This document shows, piece after piece, positions 1 to 14,204 of a DNA stretch of 64,000 nucleotides. Numbering within the stretch: the first letter of the stretch is position 1; each line of letters opens with the position of its first letter. The position numbers and the translations under genes are program-made. Origin of the DNA: Vicugna vicugna (taxonomy: Eukaryota); contig MU059126.1 of assembly GCA_013265495.1 (NCBI GenBank), positions 9,352,349 through 9,416,348 on the forward strand. Reading direction: 5' to 3'. The notes beneath the pieces were generated by a model. That model saw only the letters and a list, made by a program, of their open reading frames with translations, searched no databases and was not told the DNA's origin.

Positions 1-730
1 GTTAAAACCACAAAACCATAGAGAAAACTGGTTAACCAGAATCTGATTCTTTGCAAAGACCAGTGAAACTGATAAGCCTCTAGCTGGGTTAGCCGAAGGA
101 AAAACAGAGAGAAGACACAAATTATCAACATCAAAAATGAAAGAGAGTTAATCACTGCTGATTCTGCGGACATTAGAAGACTAATAAAGGAATACTCCGA
201 ACAACTCTTTGCCCATAAATTTGATAATGTAGATAAAATGGACAAATTTCTTGAAAGACACAAACAAAATTCACTCAAGGAGAAATACATAATCCTGGTA
301 ACCTAATATCTATTTTTAAAATGGAATTAATAAAAAAAACTTTCAAAAATAAAGCATCAGTTTCAGATGGATTTAACTGTAAATTCTACCATACATTTAA
401 GGTAGAAATTATACCAATTTTCCACTATCTCTTACAGAAAATAAAATCAGAGGAAAAAACTTACTTTTTTTAATGAGGCCAGCATTACCCTAACTCCAAA
501 CCCAATAAAGACAGTACTAGAAAGGAACACAATTGACCAATGTTTCTTATAAACATAAATACAGAAATCCTCAACAAAATATTAGCAAATCAAATCCAAC
601 AATGTTTAAAAAGAATTATATATCCTGACCAGGTGGGCTTTATTCTAGATATGTAAGGTTGGTTCAACATTTAGAAGTCAGTCAGTGTAAGCCACCATAT
701 CATAGACTGAAGAAGAAAAAGTAGTATCAC
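1..730 (+). mobile_element. Old L1 (L1M) ORF2 fragment
   Basis: Degenerate ORF2-like text such as aaggaatactccgaacaactctttgcccataaatttgataa and aaatcctcaacaaaatattagcaaatcaaatccaac; many stops. Confidence 0.85.
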
Positions 731-789
731 ATGAATTATTAAAAATGTATCAGATAACCTCATTCATGTGTGTGGGAGGAAAAGGTGCT

Positions 790-2180
790 AACCTAAATAA
801 CTCTCGAAATGAGTGGAGTCTTTAAGATTAAAGGCAAAAGAATGGTACATAAGCATTGTACTCTCATGGGTAAAGCTGCTTCTCATGGTAGTATGGGTTA
901 ACGATTCTGACACCACCGAGTGCATATCCTGGAACTGAGCAATTAAGTGAATGGTTGGTAGATGTTTGGAGCCAAGTTTCTCACTATTGGAGTGAGAAAG
1001 GAGGCTAGGAATTTCCATGTAGCAATGGATTAGAATAGGTAGGAGACACCAGTATGAACTAAAATTTAGCTTCATGCTGATGTAGGTACATATACAAATT
1101 TTTGAGATCTGTATATATAGTGGTTAGAGTACACACACATATTCCTTATTTAGTCAGCTAAGAGGGTCTGGAAACAATGACATCCCAGTAGCAGTGAGCA
1201 CACCTAGTGCCCAGATCTCCATTGAAAAGAACCAGAGATCCTTGGAGAAATGGCTGATCCTAGAACTGGGGAAGAACACATACAGGTTAAGCCAGGAGCA
1301 TCTTGTAGGGCCAGGAAATAGGAGCTGTTCGTAATTTAAAAAATGAAGACGCTAACACAAATGAGAATATGTCCAAGGGGCAATGGAACCAACTGAAAGA
1401 GCTCCCAGTGGCCAAAGCTGGAAGAATTTGAGCCACAAGATAAAGTAGCAGTGGGTTATAACACAAAGTATAAATATATACATATATTTGTATACATTAT
1501 TATATGTTATGTAGATAATATATAACAACCCAAAGTATAAAATGAGTCCACAGTGATATAAATAACTGAATAAATAAGTAAATTAGGAAGGAGAGAATAA
1601 ATCTTTGCAGTAGAACCCCAAATAACTTATGTAGATAACTCTGCCTTCAGGGAGGTAGCCTGTAACTCTGCACCATAAGTGTGAACTTGAAAGTGGGACT
1701 TCCTTTCAAAGGAAAGAGGGGAAAGTAACTTTACAGAGGAATAATGTGACACATGCTGTCTCAGCCAGGTGACCCAGGTTAACATCAACAATGCCAAGTC
1801 ATACTGAGAGTGTATACACTTGATAGGATGTGAGAAAGGTTTTTCACCTCTGTGGTCTTAACTCCCCAGTTCAATCATGAGAACATCAGACAGATCTGAA
1901 CAAGAGACCTACAAAAATCTCTGACCAGTACCCTTCAAAAACCTCTGACCAGTACCCTTCAAAATTGTCCAAGTCATCAAAAACAAGGAAAGTCTGAGGA
2001 GGTGTCCCAGCCGAAAGGAGCCTAAGGAGACATGACAACTAAATGTTATGTATCCTGCATGAGATCCTGGAGCATAAGTAGGACATTATGTAAAAACTAA
2101 GGATTTCTTGATAAAGTTGAGAATTTAGTTAATAATAGTGAATCAATATTGGCTTATAAATATAAGATGTTAATAGTGTT
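790..2180 (+). mobile_element. L1MC-type 3' end
   Basis: Diagnostic stretches such as aatgacatcccagtagcagtgagcacacctagtgcccagatc and ggagacatgacaactaaatg. Confidence 0.8.
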
Positions 2181-2264
2181 GGGAAAAAGTGGTACTTAAA
2201 AAAAGCAACCATTAGACACAAAATACAGAGCATCTGCCTTTTCTATCAGTTTGCTTCGAACTAG

Positions 2265-2440
2265 TGTAGCATGTCAGAAGTAGGTTGAGGTGAAAGTGGA
2301 AATCTTGGTTCTAACCCCAAGCGAGCCCCTCATTAGTTAGATGACCTTCAGCAATTCACTTGGTCTTGGTGTTTCCAATCTAATAAAACAGAGGTGGTAG
2401 CACTGGTCCTACCACTTCTCAGGGTGCTCTAAGACTTAAA
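2265..2440 (+). mobile_element. MIR (degenerate)
   Basis: MIR-like core: ttagatgaccttcagcaattcactt...aataaaacagagg. Confidence 0.5.
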
Positions 2441-2444
2441 CAAA

Positions 2445-3140
2445 AATCCATTTCTTTCTACAAACATTGAGTGTCTAGTATGTCCTCGGCACTGAGCTGA
2501 GGTGAACAATAGATAAAATAAATTCCTTGCCTTCGTGGAACTTCGTGGGGGTATATGAAATATAAAGCAGGAAGAGATAGGTGGTATAGGTAGGGGTGGA
2601 GTTGGAAGGAGTTCCATTTTACACAAGGTGGTCAGGGAAGACCTCTCTGGAGTTTTAATAGAGACTTAACTAAGTGAGTTGTCAGGGCTTCCTCGGGAAA
2701 AGACACAGCATGGGCAAAGGCCCTGATGTTGCAGGGGCTCGGCGTGTCTGAGGAACAGCAGTCAGTGTAGCTGGAATGGAGTGAGCAAGCAGGGGGACCG
2801 CAATGCAGTCTTAGAAGTGGGGCTGGGAGTGGAGATCGTGAAGGAAGGGGTGTGGCTCCCATGTGAAGGGAGACTGGAGGGATCTGAGCAGAAGAATGTA
2901 GTCTGACTTCTGGTTTAACAGGGTCACTCTGGCTACTGTGTGGAGGACAGACTAGATTCCAAGGGGTCAGAGGTGACTGAAATGAGACCAATTCAGTAGC
3001 AAAGCATTAAGGCAGGCAAGGTAGTTCAGACTAGGGTGATAGTCGTGTAAGTGGTATGTGGTCACAGTCTAGCTATATTTTGAAGGAAGAAGCAACAGGA
3101 TTTTCTGATGGATTAGGTAGGAATTGTGACAGAAAGGAAT
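2445..3140 (-). mobile_element. L2 3' region
   Basis: Reverse-complement L2 text: aacattgagtgtctagtatgtcc, gtggtcagggaagacctctctg, ggtcactctggctactgtgtgg. Confidence 0.75.
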
Positions 3141-3384
3141 GGAATACCAAGAGTTGAGGGCAGAACCAACTCAACAAAAGAGCTACCGATATGAGCGAGC
3201 TTGCTTTAGGAATTAAAGAGCATTATATAAGATAATATTAACCTGTTCCTTTTGTACCAGAGGCCAAATATTTGATAGATTGAAATCTTGTTCTCTCCCA
3301 CCATGATATAAGGTATTTCATGATTTTCACCAAGTTTTAATTCTACAAAACTCACTAGTTAGAGGTCAATTACGACAAGGGAAG

Positions 3385-6218
3385 TTTTCGGTCAGAAAAG
3401 ATTTTATTATNNNNNNNNNNNNNNNNNNNNNNNNNNNNNNNNNNNNNNNNNNNNNNNNNNNNNNNNNNNNNNNNNNNNNNNNNNNNNNNNNNNNNNNNNN
3501 NNNNNNNNNNNNNNNNNNNNNNNNNNNNNNNNNNNNNNNNNNNNNNNNNNTGCTTCACGTAGGGAATCTGATTCCTTGCAGATCACATCCACTTGTTCTC
3601 ATGCACCAATGAATTCAACTTGATGCTTTGTAGGATAACAGAAAACAAAGATGGAAAATAAAGAATACAGTTTCTACTTTCCTATAATATAGTTATACCA
3701 TGTCCAGTTTTCGATGTGTAAAAAATACAGAGGAAAGTGCTACATACCTTCTTCAAATGCAAAAACAAAGGTCAAGTGGGACTGGCATATGTTACCCTAT
3801 ATTTTAATTCTGTAGTACCTATTGTGCCTTTTATTTATATTCTCATCCTACTATGCAAATGTACCTTAAATATCTAAACATATACCCACGCATATTACTA
3901 ATCTTAGTTTTCTAGGACCTCTTCTGAAATTATTTTCAAAGTGGCAAAATATCCCAGGTATATAATTTAAACAAATAGTTCTTCATACAAAATTCAATAT
4001 ATATTCTACTTCTGTAGCAAATTCTAAACCTTGGCTTTGACACACTATACTTAGCTCACACCCTCAATATAAACTGTCATAGCAAAAGGATCAACTGTTG
4101 TGCAGATCAACAGAATAAATCGACTGCAGAATCAACCACAGTACACTGTACTCCTCTACATAGACAGCACATGTAAATTACTAACTCAATGTTCTAATGT
4201 CATGTTTTCAAGTAACACAGTCTTCTAAATAAATACAGGATTGTCAAAAAGCGGCAGGAAATCTTTGATATTCAACAAAGCTTTCAAAAAATAAATTACA
4301 TGAACGTCTCTTGTAAAAGTTAGTTCCTTTTGTTCCCACCCCCCACCCTTGGCAATGCAACACCGCAGGGATACTTCAAAATGCTCACGGAAATAGCCCC
4401 GAAACAGCACGAAGACAAAGAAAAACGGGGGAGAAAAAAAAACAGGTGATTGGTTGACAAAGTCGATAAAGAGATTATAGATACACTGTCAGGGCCAGTA
4501 AGAAAGCACGTATCTAGTTTCCCAAGACTAGATTTTAAAATGTTAATTCTCTCAATGCTGTCCACTTTAAATTCGGCTTCAGGAAACCTTCCCTACTTGT
4601 AGAGGGCTATGACAAGCAGTTTGGAAAGTTTCTGAAAAACGAGGTATGTGATGCAAAGAGGCAATGTTTTAAATTTGTTTCACAGTATCACATTACAACT
4701 TGTGCAAGAGTTTTTAATACAAACCATGCCAGTTTGTTTTCCTTAAGGAGAATTATAATGTTCCAGTTGAGGACAGACTCTGGGCTATACTTATATCCTT
4801 TATTAATTATTCCAGGCAGAGGGAAAAATAAGTTACTGATCCAAATGTCTGCCTCCAGTATAACACATGAGTTGGTTTGTCCTTGCTGTTAACATTTCTA
4901 ACTGATTGTTAGAAACTCATCAGTTAAACATCAAAAATGACTTAGTACCTATAATGCGATGGTTCTCTTCACTCACTCTTTTCCCTTTCCATCACTTTCA
5001 GCCAGAACAAGGTTTTCAATGTAAAATTATTCATAACTGTTAAGTGCAAAAATGAAAAAAAATGAGGTTTTAATTGTCATATGTAACTCAGAAGCCATTA
5101 AATGAGACTACTGCAAGAGTTTTATGTTTCTGGAAAGCAGAATTTCAAAAGCAGGTATAAAACTTCACATTACACTCTGTGCAGAAGAAAAAGGTAACTT
5201 TCATTGTACTGATCCTGACTGGACAGGGAGAGGATGGAAGAGGATGTTGGGCGACAAAATGGCCCATGTTAGTGCAAACTGAGTATAAAGTTCTTTTCAC
5301 TGTTTCAAGAGTGAATCCAGTTAGACCAATAACTGGCCATATCTTGCCATTATCTAAGTAGAGAATCTTGGAAAATCACAAGCGTTCAACAGGTCAAGAC
5401 CTATGGCCGTGAAACTAACATACCAATTTGAAAGGTAAGCAAAGGCTCAGATGATTGGAATCTTTATCTAGCTCTACGCATGAATTAACTTATCCTGGCA
5501 CCAGCCACCTGTAAATTTGAACCCTTTTCAGGATTAAAAAAAAAAAATTGAGACAGTGTTAGTTAGCACTTGAAAAAAATTGTCAACAGAAAACTGCTAA
5601 TTTAAAACTTGAGCTTAACTTAAAGTAACATGGGAAATAGAAAACAATCAGACTAAAAGCTCTTTCTGAGACTGATTTGTTTTTCCTTTAGTCTACTCTA
5701 ATAACAGAACACATTTAAATCTCAGTACACTTGAAAACAGTACACAAATATACATATATTAAGAATGAGAGTCTAAGTTAGTGCGTCTCTGTGTTGGAGA
5801 GGTCACAGCTAAAGTCCTAGTGATATTGCCTCAGATTTTTACCCGTATTCAAAATAAAAAGTCACATCAAACTATTTTGGATGTCTCTAACCCATAATAC
5901 CCTAACTGCTCTTATAAGAGTGCATAGTTGTCGATTCATCTGGTGTCTCAGACTATTCATCACAAAATGCTAGAATGAGGTGATTACATTTATACCAGAA
6001 AAAAAAAAAGCTGATAATTGCACTTTGTTACCTTTTGCTTACTGAAATGAAAACATCACAAGGATGAAAAGAAATCCCTCCCTACACTAATCTTTAAGAG
6101 CACCCATCTCCATGTATAAACTCCCTCAGCTTTCTGAAATACTGACAGCACTTCTTGTTATCATTGAAAGTGTCCTCAAGCACGAGATGCCAGCGAGCTC
6201 ACTAAGGCCTACGATTCA
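3385..6218 (-). other. KBTBD8: Probable KBTBD8 3' UTR (about 2.8 kb)
   Basis: AT-rich sequence with no recognisable interspersed repeat, running from the stop codon to an AATAAA at 3403-3408; repeats resume below ~3140. The end is approximate. Confidence 0.6.
3403..3408 (-). terminator. Candidate distal polyadenylation signal AATAAA
   Basis: tttatt on the plus strand near the edge of the repeat-free tract. Other AATAAA copies exist in the UTR (e.g. 3830-3835). Confidence 0.45.
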
Positions 6219-6682
6219 TTAAAGTACTTTCTGAANNNNNNNNNNNNNNNNNNNNNNNNNNNNNNNNNNNNNNNNNNNNNNNNNNNNNNNNNNNNNNNNN
6301 NNNNNNNNNNNNNNNNNNNNNNNNNNNNNNNNNNNNNNNNNNNNNNNNNNNNNNNNNNNNNNNNNNNNNNNNNNNNNNNNNNNNNNNNNNNCGGTCACTT
6401 GAGTAGCTCGCACAAATAAATGGAGTTTATTCTGGAAGAGTACCAGCTTAAGGTATGGATTTATGGACTCATCACATGGAAAGTCCTTCTTCCGAGTCCA
6501 TTTATTGAGCTCAATGTCATAGGCTTCTACAGTAAACATACGCTGATGATTTCCACAGGTTCCAGCTATGTAATAGATAGAGTTCTTGTATACAGCTGCC
6601 AAGCCCTGGATTCTAGGCACAGTCATGGGGGTTAAGAAACCCCAGTAGTCTTTTTGAGGCTCATAGAAGAGGAAAAATTCTC
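6219..6682 (-). CDS. KBTBD8: KBTBD8 coding exon 4 (C-terminal Kelch repeats, stop TAA)
   Basis: Acceptor tttcccttttatag|GA GAA TTT; encodes EFFLFYEPQKDYWGFLTPMTVPRIQG...QKVL*. Exon sum 16+211+1115+464 = 1806 nt. Confidence 0.96.
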
Positions 6683-9403
6683 CTATAAAAGGGAAAAAGA
6701 AAAAAACAGAAAACAAGAATATGTACGTTTACGGTCTCTTTTTGGTTATATGTTGAGGATTAAAGAGCATAATTTTCAAATCTTTTACTTTATAAAATAT
6801 TTCTTTTATAATCACCAGGAACACATTAAATATTGTAAGATAGCTTAAAATGTCTCTGTTCCGTGGCACAGCATAACATAATAGTAGAGTCAACCTGAAT
6901 TGGGGTGTTCATACTGGGGGAGTGTGAGGAGTGACTTTGGTTTGATGACAGAATAAGAGTTAAGAGATTGGTTCCACTACTCTCTCCAATTGGGTATTTC
7001 AGAAAATTTACTTTAAGCCAGCTCTTAAAAAGGCATTATTACTAATGGTTAGCCAGTGAGATCACAGTTTCATCACAAATAAGTCACTATAAATTTATGT
7101 GCTAATTATTTAATTATAAGATAATCCATAGAATTGCTCAGATTTGTGTCTATGGGCCACTAATATGTTTACTTTAGTGTTACTGTAATACAAAGACAAC
7201 TATTTAAGAGGAGAAGACATAGCTTTAAGATGATAGAAAATACACACATCGTTTGGAGTTGACTATGAGTCAGTTTCAGTTCTATTTTGACAATAAGAGG
7301 ATGTACTGAGTCAGGCTGCCAATATAAAAATGTCTAGAAGAATTAAACTAGTGAAGATTTACAAGAGTTTGGCTAATTATCACATTTGTATAAAATACTT
7401 GACAGGAAAATCTGAACTCTTTATGAACAGATTAAATGATACTCCACAGCCACTGATAGTACAGCATAAGCTTTTGACTATTGATGTCAAGTTTATTTAT
7501 ATAAAGAAGCTTTGTTTAGATGAGAAGTACCTACTTCTAAATTGAGCTTCCCCTTGAAAACTGTTTTGAACTAGGGTTACTCCTATGGACAAATTTAACT
7601 GCCTGCTTAATAAAAGTGATGCTGTAATTTCAATTTTTCATAAAATGGCCTGTTAAACTCCCAGCTTTTGTGTGCATATCACCTACCCTTATTGACTAAC
7701 ATGGAACAGGATTCTTAATAAAGAAGACAGGAATCAAAACTTTCTAACATGTATTACCTCTCTATAAATTTCTTCTAAAAAGGAAAGGTAATACATTTTA
7801 AAAGTTGATTTTTAAAATCTAAAGTCCTCTTTAATAAATTAAAAACAGTGACAGGCAATTAAGAAAACCCTTAGCACCTCAGATTCCTCTCATATAAAAT
7901 ACAACCTCAGATTAAACAATGTTCATTCGAGCCATGAAATTTCATTAATTCATTGTTATGTTGCTCCAGTATTTACACTAATACACAACCTTTGCGTTCC
8001 AATTAGGAGTCTTCTAATTAATTCTATCTCTATCAGCTAGCTGGTTAGTCAGTAAAACCAAAATCTGTGTAGAGACAGCTTCATCCTGTGGGATGATATA
8101 ACCTATCCAACCATACTCGATAGATTACCTATCCATTCAGATACTCCATTTTTTGGCAAGACCAACAAACCTAAATCATGCCTGTGCTTCTGTTCAACTA
8201 AAACAAGGCACTAGAGAGTACTACTCCTTCTGGAGAAATTAACTTTACATTGAAGTTTAAACAAATGGGCTCAGGCAATTCTAGGAAATTATTAGTCAAA
8301 TAAAGGATTAGAGCAAAGAACATAATTAAAAAAAAACCAAAACCACAATGGGATAAAACCTAAAAAAACCACGTGTAAATACATGGAAATTGCCCCCTTT
8401 TCCTTGTTTTATTAGAGTAGCAGTGTAAGGAAATTATTTATATATAAGCAATTAAGAAACACCAAGGAAGAATAACCATGTTGGTATTGTCAACACTGCA
8501 GTTGACATTCAAGCAACTAAAATAAGAAACCAAACACAAGGAAAACATTAGTTGTCACAAATCAGAACCTTGAATCAAATATCTTATTTACTCTTACTCA
8601 TTTGCTCTTTGTATTTCTGCTCTATCATCTTTGCCAGAGTACTAGTCTTCAGTAGTTTAAATAAAAATTTTTAAGCTAAGTATATTAAATAGTCCCTCCA
8701 TCTTATAATGGTAGAAGTAAGAAAAAGGTAGCATCTCACAGTTCTTCAGTGAAAAAAAAACTGAAAACAATGTATTATGGATTGCAACATAAACTGCAGT
8801 GAAATTAAAATCTTGAAGACTGTAATTTCAAACTCTTTGTAATTAAGTTTCATACCCTTTGCAATCATAAGGCTTATACAAAATTCTTTGGCAACTGAAT
8901 AGTTTGACTGCATCTGATGCTTCGTTCTTTTTCCTGTTTTAAGCTAATCTAGTGAATTCCATAAGAAAAGTAGTTGCTGCAACATCTCTTGATTATACAT
9001 TATTGAAAAGCAAAAAAGTCATGTATCAAACTTGCTTTCTTATTTAAAGTCTTTAAAATGCCTCTGAAAGCATCTTCCCAAAATGCTGAACTATGATCTA
9101 TGAAAAAAATGTTTTCAAATATACTTATTCCACATGTTGTCGAAATAAAGTAAGAACATCAAAAACTTGCAGGGTCATTTTGGGAACTTGAAAGCACCTG
9201 CTTTTTTTGATTAAAAAGTTTATTTTCTTTATGGGTCCTTTAAAGAACAGACTGTTCTAACAAATAGTTGATGATAAGAAAGCCAGAGGTAGTCCTCAAC
9301 CAACAGGAACAACGTACATTTTACTTACGTTTTAGTGTCAGTGAGTGAACCACAGTTTGACCAGCTGTCCTTTCATACAGATCTAAATCACTTAGGTACC
9401 TAC

Positions 9404-10518
9404 CCTGTAAAACATAGATCTTCTCTTTGTACTCCACGGCATTATGAAACTCCATGGCAACAGGCATGGCGCAGACGGTCGTCCAGCAATTCTCTCTGCT
9501 GTCGTAGCACTCCACAGATTTCAGTGAGTTTCTCCCGTCACCTTCGTAAACACGCCCTCCGATTGCGTACATCTTACCGCAACAGTACACCAGTTTGCAG
9601 CCTATTCTGGCTCGGAGCAAGGATGGCTTCGATAGCCACCTGTTGGTGGAATGGTCATACATCCAGAAATCATTTTCTGCCTTGTGGTCGATGGATACCT
9701 CACTGCTGCTCGGCCTGTACCCTCCTGCNNNNNNNNNNNNNNNNNNNNNNNNNNNNNNNNNNNNNNNNNNNNNNNNNNNNNNNNNNNNNNNNNNNNNNNN
9801 NNNNNNNNNNNNNNNNNNNNNNNNNNNNNNNNNNNNNNNNNNNNNNNNNNNNNNNNNNNNNNNNNNNNNNNNNNNNNNNNNNNNCATTTCTGATGCAGTC
9901 ATTCCCAGTCTCTGTGTACAGCCGTTGGTATTGGATGGCCCCTTTTCCACAGAGCTTTTGGCTATAGCCTGTGCAAACTGAGGTGGGATTTTCTCTATAA
10001 AGGTTTCCTCCATCAGAGGAAAACGTATGCATTTGGCAAAAATTTCTGGAAGGTGCACTTCTCTTTCATTCTGTTCATGTTCAAACCACCTTATAATGCT
10101 TTCATAAACGTGCTCTTCTCGGTCTACGTTTAGATCATCACTGTCAAGGATACTTATCAGTTGGTCTTTTGTCAACTGGAGAAACTCTTGTTCTTTGGTG
10201 ACACACAGGAACTTTTTACGAATGTATTCTTTAGATCGATCTCCGAGTTCCTGATGTCCATAATGATCAGCAAAGATGAAGACCCCAATTGAATTCTGTG
10301 GGTCCAAATGACTGATCATGTACTTAGCACATTGGTCTTGGATGGAGGGAATCTGGAAGATGCTAGCTGCAGTGAACAAGGCTTGAACATTGGCCTCTGT
10401 CAGAACAACTCTGGAGGTATAGGCGTAGTTCAACACTAAATCCATCGATTCAGCTTCAACACCAACTATTCGAACTTCTTTTTGAGTGCTTTCTGTAAGG
10501 CCGCTAGTGAACATGGAT
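9404..10518 (-). CDS. KBTBD8: KBTBD8 coding exon 3 (BTB C-terminal part, BACK domain, first Kelch repeats)
   Basis: Acceptor tttccttcctag|A TCC ATG TTC; ORF reads MFTSGLTESTQKEVRIVGVEAESMDLVLNYAYTS...KEKIYVLQG; donor CAG G|gtaggt at 9403. Contains a 156-nt in-frame N gap. Confidence 0.97.
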
Positions 10519-12721
10519 CTAGGAAGGAAACAGTGATTAATTTATTTATCTTTTGAAACTGAAAAATATTTCCAGATGTGTTTCCTGATATCTTGAATAG
10601 CAGGAAATGGGATCAAAGTTGATCACCTAGCAGAAGGGTCTACTCTGGCTAATCTCAAAAAACCATATTCTCTGGAGCAGGCCATGCACTTTGTGCCAAT
10701 TCTGAGAAAAGGAGAGGATACCTAATTAAAGCACATCAAAAGACGGCATGGACTATTCCAGGACATGTTGTTTTTCTTGAAGCCCTATCCAGGCTTCTGG
10801 TCAAGTTACCTTAGGGACTTGAGCTCCTCAATCACCAGGTCAGTCAGAAAGTTTAAGAATACCCATAGGGTATCAGTGTGACACATTAGCATACAGAGCC
10901 TGTCCAATAAAACTTCTCAGGACCCAGTGGAAACTGACAGGGCAACTTGTGCCAAAATATATCTTTAAAAATTTCATCTTAGAAGAACAAGATATATTGA
11001 AAAGTTCATATTTTCTGCCTACTCCTTTTAAATCAGTTATCCTTTGAATGCTTCCTTAATCATTTCCGGAAGTTAAAGAACATCAATGTACTTATTCTTG
11101 AAAATCTTTGCTTGATTTAAGAAAATCAAGAAATATACTTGATTTTCTCAAAGTTACCATATTTTACCTATTTATATTTGTGTACAAATAGATTACTGTA
11201 GGCTTAATATAATGCCTACTTCTAAAGAGAATTAACTGATTCTTTGGAGATAATGGTTTTCAAAATTCCATGCTTTTGTCTTTGAGATCAAGCCTTTTCT
11301 TTTCTTTTCTTTTCTTTTAAATTAAAATATCTGTGTATTTATGGTACTTTCTAGGCCAGAACATTAAGTGGCCAAAAACCCGGCTCTTTACTTAGAAGTG
11401 CTAGTCATTTATAAATGTCGTTTGCCTTTCTTTTCCCTTCTTTAAGATTTCTTTCTTGGCTATTCTTAAAATTAAATATAAAAATAAAATTAAAAGCTCT
11501 TCTAAAATCCTCTTGAGAAAAGGACTGTGTGCCCTAGGAAGCTTACTGGATGTCTTTTGAAGAAAGTGACCTAACACTAGTGATAAACTGGATTATTCAG
11601 ATCCTGGACTTCTGCGCCCACCCCCCTTCCATTTTATTTTTAAGAGTTATATTATGAAAAAATACCCTTAAATGTGTAGGTTTCCAGTCACTTTTGAAGT
11701 CTTCATCAAAAACATGAAATTAATTTAAAAATACAGTATGGAATATTGGAGGCATACAAGGGTACCAGGATCAGCTTGTTGCCTGGGTTAACCATTCTTT
11801 GAGTCCTATTTTTACTTCTACTATGTAAATTTTAAGTTTAATATCACACAGACTTTTTTTTTTTAGTGACTGAAAACTAGATGTTCCAATGTATGAGCTC
11901 ATTTTCAGTACAGGTGCTGAAAAACTCAGCTGTGCAGCTTCCAATTAAAAAGGAAAATAAAGCCCTCCATTAGGCAAAGATTAACTCCCAAAGGAGAACA
12001 TTACCATGTATCCCTTAATCATGGGAGCTACTACTGACTTGAGTAACCTGGTCTCACATACAGGAGCAATGTGACACCTGAGTCCTCCTCCGTTCTAATA
12101 GGTTCTTTATGTCAACTCTATATGAAGGGGAGTGCTTCCTCACATAAAATCCTATGCAGCAAAAGGTTTCTAATGATCATACAAATTTTACTTCTGACAA
12201 GCCACTGGGATCGTGAAACAGCCATGCCAGATTTCAAGCTATTCTAATTTTTCCAGCAGTGATGCAAGACTTAGAAACTATTAAGTGTGACTTTCTTGAT
12301 CTCACATAAGGAGCAGCACTGGTGCCAAGAAACTTTTGTACCAAAACCTCTAGCAAGAAAGATCCTAATTCCTGAGTTTTCTATACAGGTATCTTCACTT
12401 GGATTCACATATCTTATGCTTAGAAAGCTTTCCAAGCATTTCCTTCTTGGAAATTAAAAAAAACAACAAACAAAGAACCCCCACAAAACTACTGTAGCAT
12501 ACTTCTTTTGAAGTGATTTGTCTGGGTTTTCAAAACTAATTTTAATTAAGTATGACAGTTAAAGGATATAAGCCAGAATATAAAATTATAGTGAGACAGT
12601 GAGATACAGACATTTTCACTTTGAAGTTTCAGTTCTTTTTCTTTTTAATTACTCAAGTCTAATTAAACAATTAAAATTTCTGAAAGGTGACTTTAAAGAG
12701 GACCCACTCTTGCTCCCTTAA

Positions 12722-12930
12722 AGTCATATAGTGGCTAAGAAGCCTGGCTCTGGAATCAAATCCAGCCTCTGCCACTGAGACAGATGATTTAGGCAGGTCA
12801 CTTAACCTCTCTGAGGCTTAGTCTTTCCACATGTAAAATGGGAATAACAACTGTGTAGAGACAGGACTGTAAAGATTACATAAAGTAACATATGTAAAGT
12901 AAGCTTTGCTCAGAGTTTGATAAGCAGTAA
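12722..12930 (+). mobile_element. MIR in KBTBD8 intron 2
   Basis: Core ttaggcaggtcacttaacctctctgaggcttagtctttccacatgtaaaatgggaataac. Confidence 0.8.
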
Positions 12931-13730
12931 TGTAAACATATTTAAACACATACATGACCTAACCATATCTAATGGATCTCCTGGATGAATCAGTCTCACC
13001 AGCAGTTTCCATTAGAGGCCAAATGTCTTGTCTTTAGTGTATATGAGTTTCTTCTTTTTTCTTTCAGCTCGCTGCCTCATGATGGTTAATACTTAATAGT
13101 CCAATGACCTACCCTAGGCAAGTCTAAATGGTTACATCACAAGCATCAAACTGAAGTGACTATATTTAACCCAGTATTCTGAGAAAGAGGAACCAGAAAC
13201 TGCTGTCTGGCACACTCCCCAGCTATAAGCCCTATAAAGGTAAGCACCTTCAAAAGGAAGAAGCACATTGAGAGTGTGGTTGAGAAAACTATTTCATAGT
13301 CATTCATGCACCATTTTTGAATACTGAAAGTCTTAAAGTGAGCACTTGAAACTAAAGAAGAAGTTAAACTCAAACAAGAAACTGCTTTTATCACTGACCT
13401 TAAGAGTTTGATATTATTTTTAGACCCTAGTTTTGAAATTTTACTTTTCAAAGTTTTATGATACATATGGATGAATAAAAATGAAAATGAAAACTGAGCT
13501 TAAAAATACTTCCGAAAATCTTAGAAATAATCATTAGTCTGGGGTCTAAGGCACATACATAGAAACCATATTTCATTCATTTTTACTTCATTGCTTTTAT
13601 CTCCGTGGTATTAAAACAATCCATTAAATGACAATTGGTTTTAAATAGAACAGGGTATTATGTTTTAAATTCTAAGAGAGTTACATGCACTAAAGAAATC
13701 CTGGATACATTCTTGGAACAAATTCCAGAT

Positions 13731-13936
13731 CAGCACTACCCAATAAAACTTTCAGTGATGAAAATGTTCTATATCTGAGCTGTACAACAGGGAAGCCACT
13801 ACCTACATGTGGCTATTGAGCACTTTAAATATAGTTAGTGTACCTGAGGAATTGAATTTCTAATTTTACTGAATTTTAAATAGTTGAAGTTTAAATAGCC
13901 ACATGTGGCTGGTGACTGCCATATTGGGCAGTGCAA
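13731..13936 (+). mobile_element. MER3 (hAT-Charlie non-autonomous DNA transposon), near full length
   Basis: Ends cagcactacccaata...tattgggcagtgca with internal repeated cacatgtggct. Confidence 0.85.
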
Positions 13937-14204
13937 TATTAGATTTTCCCGTCATTTACCTGAAACATACAAACGAAACCATATTCATAACTTAAAACCC
14001 AACCACCTGAATTCTAGAAGAATCTGTGAAGTTGAAAAGGCGTGGGTGGGACTGAATAAAATAGGGCTTGTTATTTATTTTTAGGAAGGAAATGTATTGG
14101 TTTCATTTCATTGTTGCATCTCAGTATAAGACTCAAGTGGGCAATACTGAGGGGGAAAGGGAACTCGGTGAGGATATCAATGAAAGTNNNNNNNNNNNNN
14201 NNNN

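Noticed and set aside
9335-10032. Plus-strand ORFs of 80-210 aa overlapping exon 3
   Set aside because: Antisense shadows of the KBTBD8 CDS, lengthened by N runs.
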